Source: Somniosus microcephalus
Taxonomy: Eukaryota
NCBI GenBank assembly: GCA_052327205.1
Contig: CM126204.1
Coordinates: 322,462,001 to 322,526,000 of the forward strand
DNA: 64,000 bases
Reading direction: 5' to 3'
Below are positions 61,641 through 64,000 of this stretch, piece after piece (position 1 is the first letter of the stretch; every line of letters begins with the position of its first letter). The notes under the pieces are model-generated. The model did not search any database, had not been told where the DNA came from, and was given only the letters and a program-made list of their open reading frames with translations. The position numbers and the translations under genes are program-made.

Positions 61641-64000
61641 GAGCTCACTACCCAATTTCTAAAGTATTTAATGCCAGGCACTGGTTAATGGCACAATCGC
61701 TTACAACAGACAATATTCTTGCCATCAGGGGTACCTTGATAAATTTAACTGTACACTTTACTTATACTGGAGACCTTATGAAACTAGGGTTCAAGGCCAG
61801 TAAAGTTCCTGGGTTTCCAAGGCAACAATTCATAAAGGGAACCCTTGATCCAAACGACCAGATACATTACTGTCCAGCAGTGAGGTCTCTAAATCTTCCA
61901 AACAGCTGGGCACTGGATGACAGATTAATCGCAGGTGGATCATCTGTGCTAAGTAGCTGATGTGAACAAACAAACTCATTGTTTGTGTGACTGGAGCCTC
62001 TGGGGGTCAAACTCTCCTGACTGTTGCCCTCTGAATGCATTTAAACTTCCTAACACTTCTGAAGGAATGACTCCATTCAAAGCTTGATAAACAAATCAAA
62101 CCTGGATGGTTAAATTATTAGAAAACTTGATATAAAGGAAAGTGAACAATAGATTGGTTTTGTTTCTTTTGAACCACTCAATAGAATATTGCATATGCTA
62201 TTGTATTTTACCAATACAGCTTCTGAACATTGAGCTAAGCATAATCATGATCAAAGTTTACATTTCTGTTCTGATCCAAATTTTTCTTCAAATTATTTAT
62301 CATCAGAATGCAATTTAGATTTCAATTGTTCTTTGGATTTCAGATAAGTTTTATTGATTTACCATTTTGTTATACATGAAATTATATATTTATTCATCAA
62401 TATTTTGTACATTTGCTTTGTGGCTGTGCAAACATTTATCTTGACGAAAAATACACTGTATTGCTTCTGACTACCAAAACATTTATAACCCCTACATATA
62501 TTGACGTTTAAGTAAAATTTTTTTTAAACATTAAAACCGTACTCCAAATATTTGCACTGTAGCAGGTATGGTGACGGTAACAGTGTGAACCTTCCCAGGG
62601 GCCCAACAGAGAGGTATTGAATTGAACCTCCTGAAAATTGTGCAATTTGGTGACACCACCTCTACTACCACCGTCCACCATCCATTCCATGGGCATGGTG
62701 CATTAGAGAATCAATGTGCCACACCATGTTGTCTAATTCAGAATCCTGTGTCCATAAATCTCTCACACAGAGATGTTGGATAAAATAAGTCACAATTTTT
62801 GTCAATCTTCAAAAACAGTCAACAGAAAAGTACTACCATTATTAATTGTTTTGCATTTATCAAAGATTATTACAATCTAGTCTTAATTCAAAGTCATTCA
62901 ATTCAAAGTTATCTACTAATTCAATTTTTAGCACTAAATTCTCACTTTGCTGTGTTATTCATATTGCTTAATTCAAGTCATTAAATAATTAATTTTTTTT
63001 ACTGCAAAAGATGACGTTGAATTATCAGGAGTCGACTGTATTTCTGTAAATGTCTCTAATTCCACTGTTAACACTCATGGTCATAAGAAATACACAAGAA
63101 AACGGAATGGCTCAGTGAAACAGCACATCGATGTGCCTTCAGTTCTGCGCACCATGCAGAATTCAGTGTAACAAAAAGGTTTACAAATAGTGCTCAGAGT
63201 GTGTAAAAATCCACTGAAGTAAGATGAGCAAAGAGATGGCACTAATCTGAAAAAATACTGCCTCAGATAAGTATTTATTAACATTGTTCATTTGTTAAGT
63301 GTTCCCCTTTTTACTGAGACTCTAATGAAACCTGTTTAGAATGACAGCATTTGGGGATCACAGTTGGTTTATATGTAGATTGTCTCTTAAAAAACAACTA
63401 AGGTTTGAGTCTGAATTATTAATGCATCACTGAGGCCAACAGTAGTCACTACAGATGTGTGATCTCCATACAAGTAGAGTGGCCCTTTCATTACAGATTT
63501 CCTGTTACCTAAAAGAATTTTAAAAGAAAATACAATCCAAAATGTAAAACATAGAAACGGCATCTACAGCTTTACCAAATGAACCCTATATTTGCTGCAG
63601 TTTTTGAATTATGATCTAGATAGACCAATAAATGAGGATTCAATTTTAATATTTTACTTCATTTAAAAACGACAGAAATTTAGGTTAACTATAAAATGCT
63701 TAAAGAAAGCTGAAATGCCTTAAAAGAAATCCCAACGTGTGGTAAGGTTAGTTAAATTTTGAATGTGACAGTATTATGCTGGAGTGACTAAGGCCAACTG
63801 GGAGAATAAGTAATTTCAGTAAGTTATAGCTCCTGGACAAGGTGACGTCCTCAGCAGCTCAGGATGATTTTGAACAGTCTTCCCAAATGCTTGGTCCAGT
63901 CGAATGATGGGCTCATATCCACCATTACCTCCCAGAATACTCCATCAGCAGAATGCCCTGCAGCCATCAAGGGTCAGGGGAGAGATCATCTGTTACTAAA

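Noticed and set aside
1-64000. CRISPR array, operon or other prokaryotic-type system
   Set aside because: Spliced vertebrate genes and eukaryotic TEs throughout; no regularly spaced direct repeats with unique spacers.

Overview
AT-rich vertebrate genomic DNA, most likely a cartilaginous fish (inferred from the SacSINE1/DeuSINE-type SINEs and the CR1/L2/RTE/Penelope content). It holds the 3' ends of two convergent genes. These are the last three coding exons of DMAP1 on + (2862-2934, 7791-8086, 15194-15253) and the last coding exon of ERI3 on - (34354-34436), the same tail-to-tail order as in mammals. Everything right of 34436 appears to be the last ERI3 intron (>29 kb). The rest is mostly transposon debris: truncated CR1 and L2 LINEs, RTE 3' ends, Penelope fragments, tRNA-derived SINEs, Tc1/pogo and hAT MITEs, a probable solo LTR, and many PIF/Harbinger-type MITEs with 3-bp TSDs. 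I see no convincing new protein-coding system, and most ORFs in the track are LINE fragments or chance. The most interesting observations are: (1) hairpin-array Harbinger MITEs with inward-facing splice donors, near a decayed two-gene Harbinger; (2) a minimal hammerhead-ribozyme motif in a Penelope copy inserted into a hairpin loop; (3) a twin-primed RTE insertion; (4) two candidate cassette exons in the ERI3 intron bracketed by inverted repeats. All family assignments are by-eye recognition without database searches, and repeat boundaries are approximate unless a TSD is quoted.
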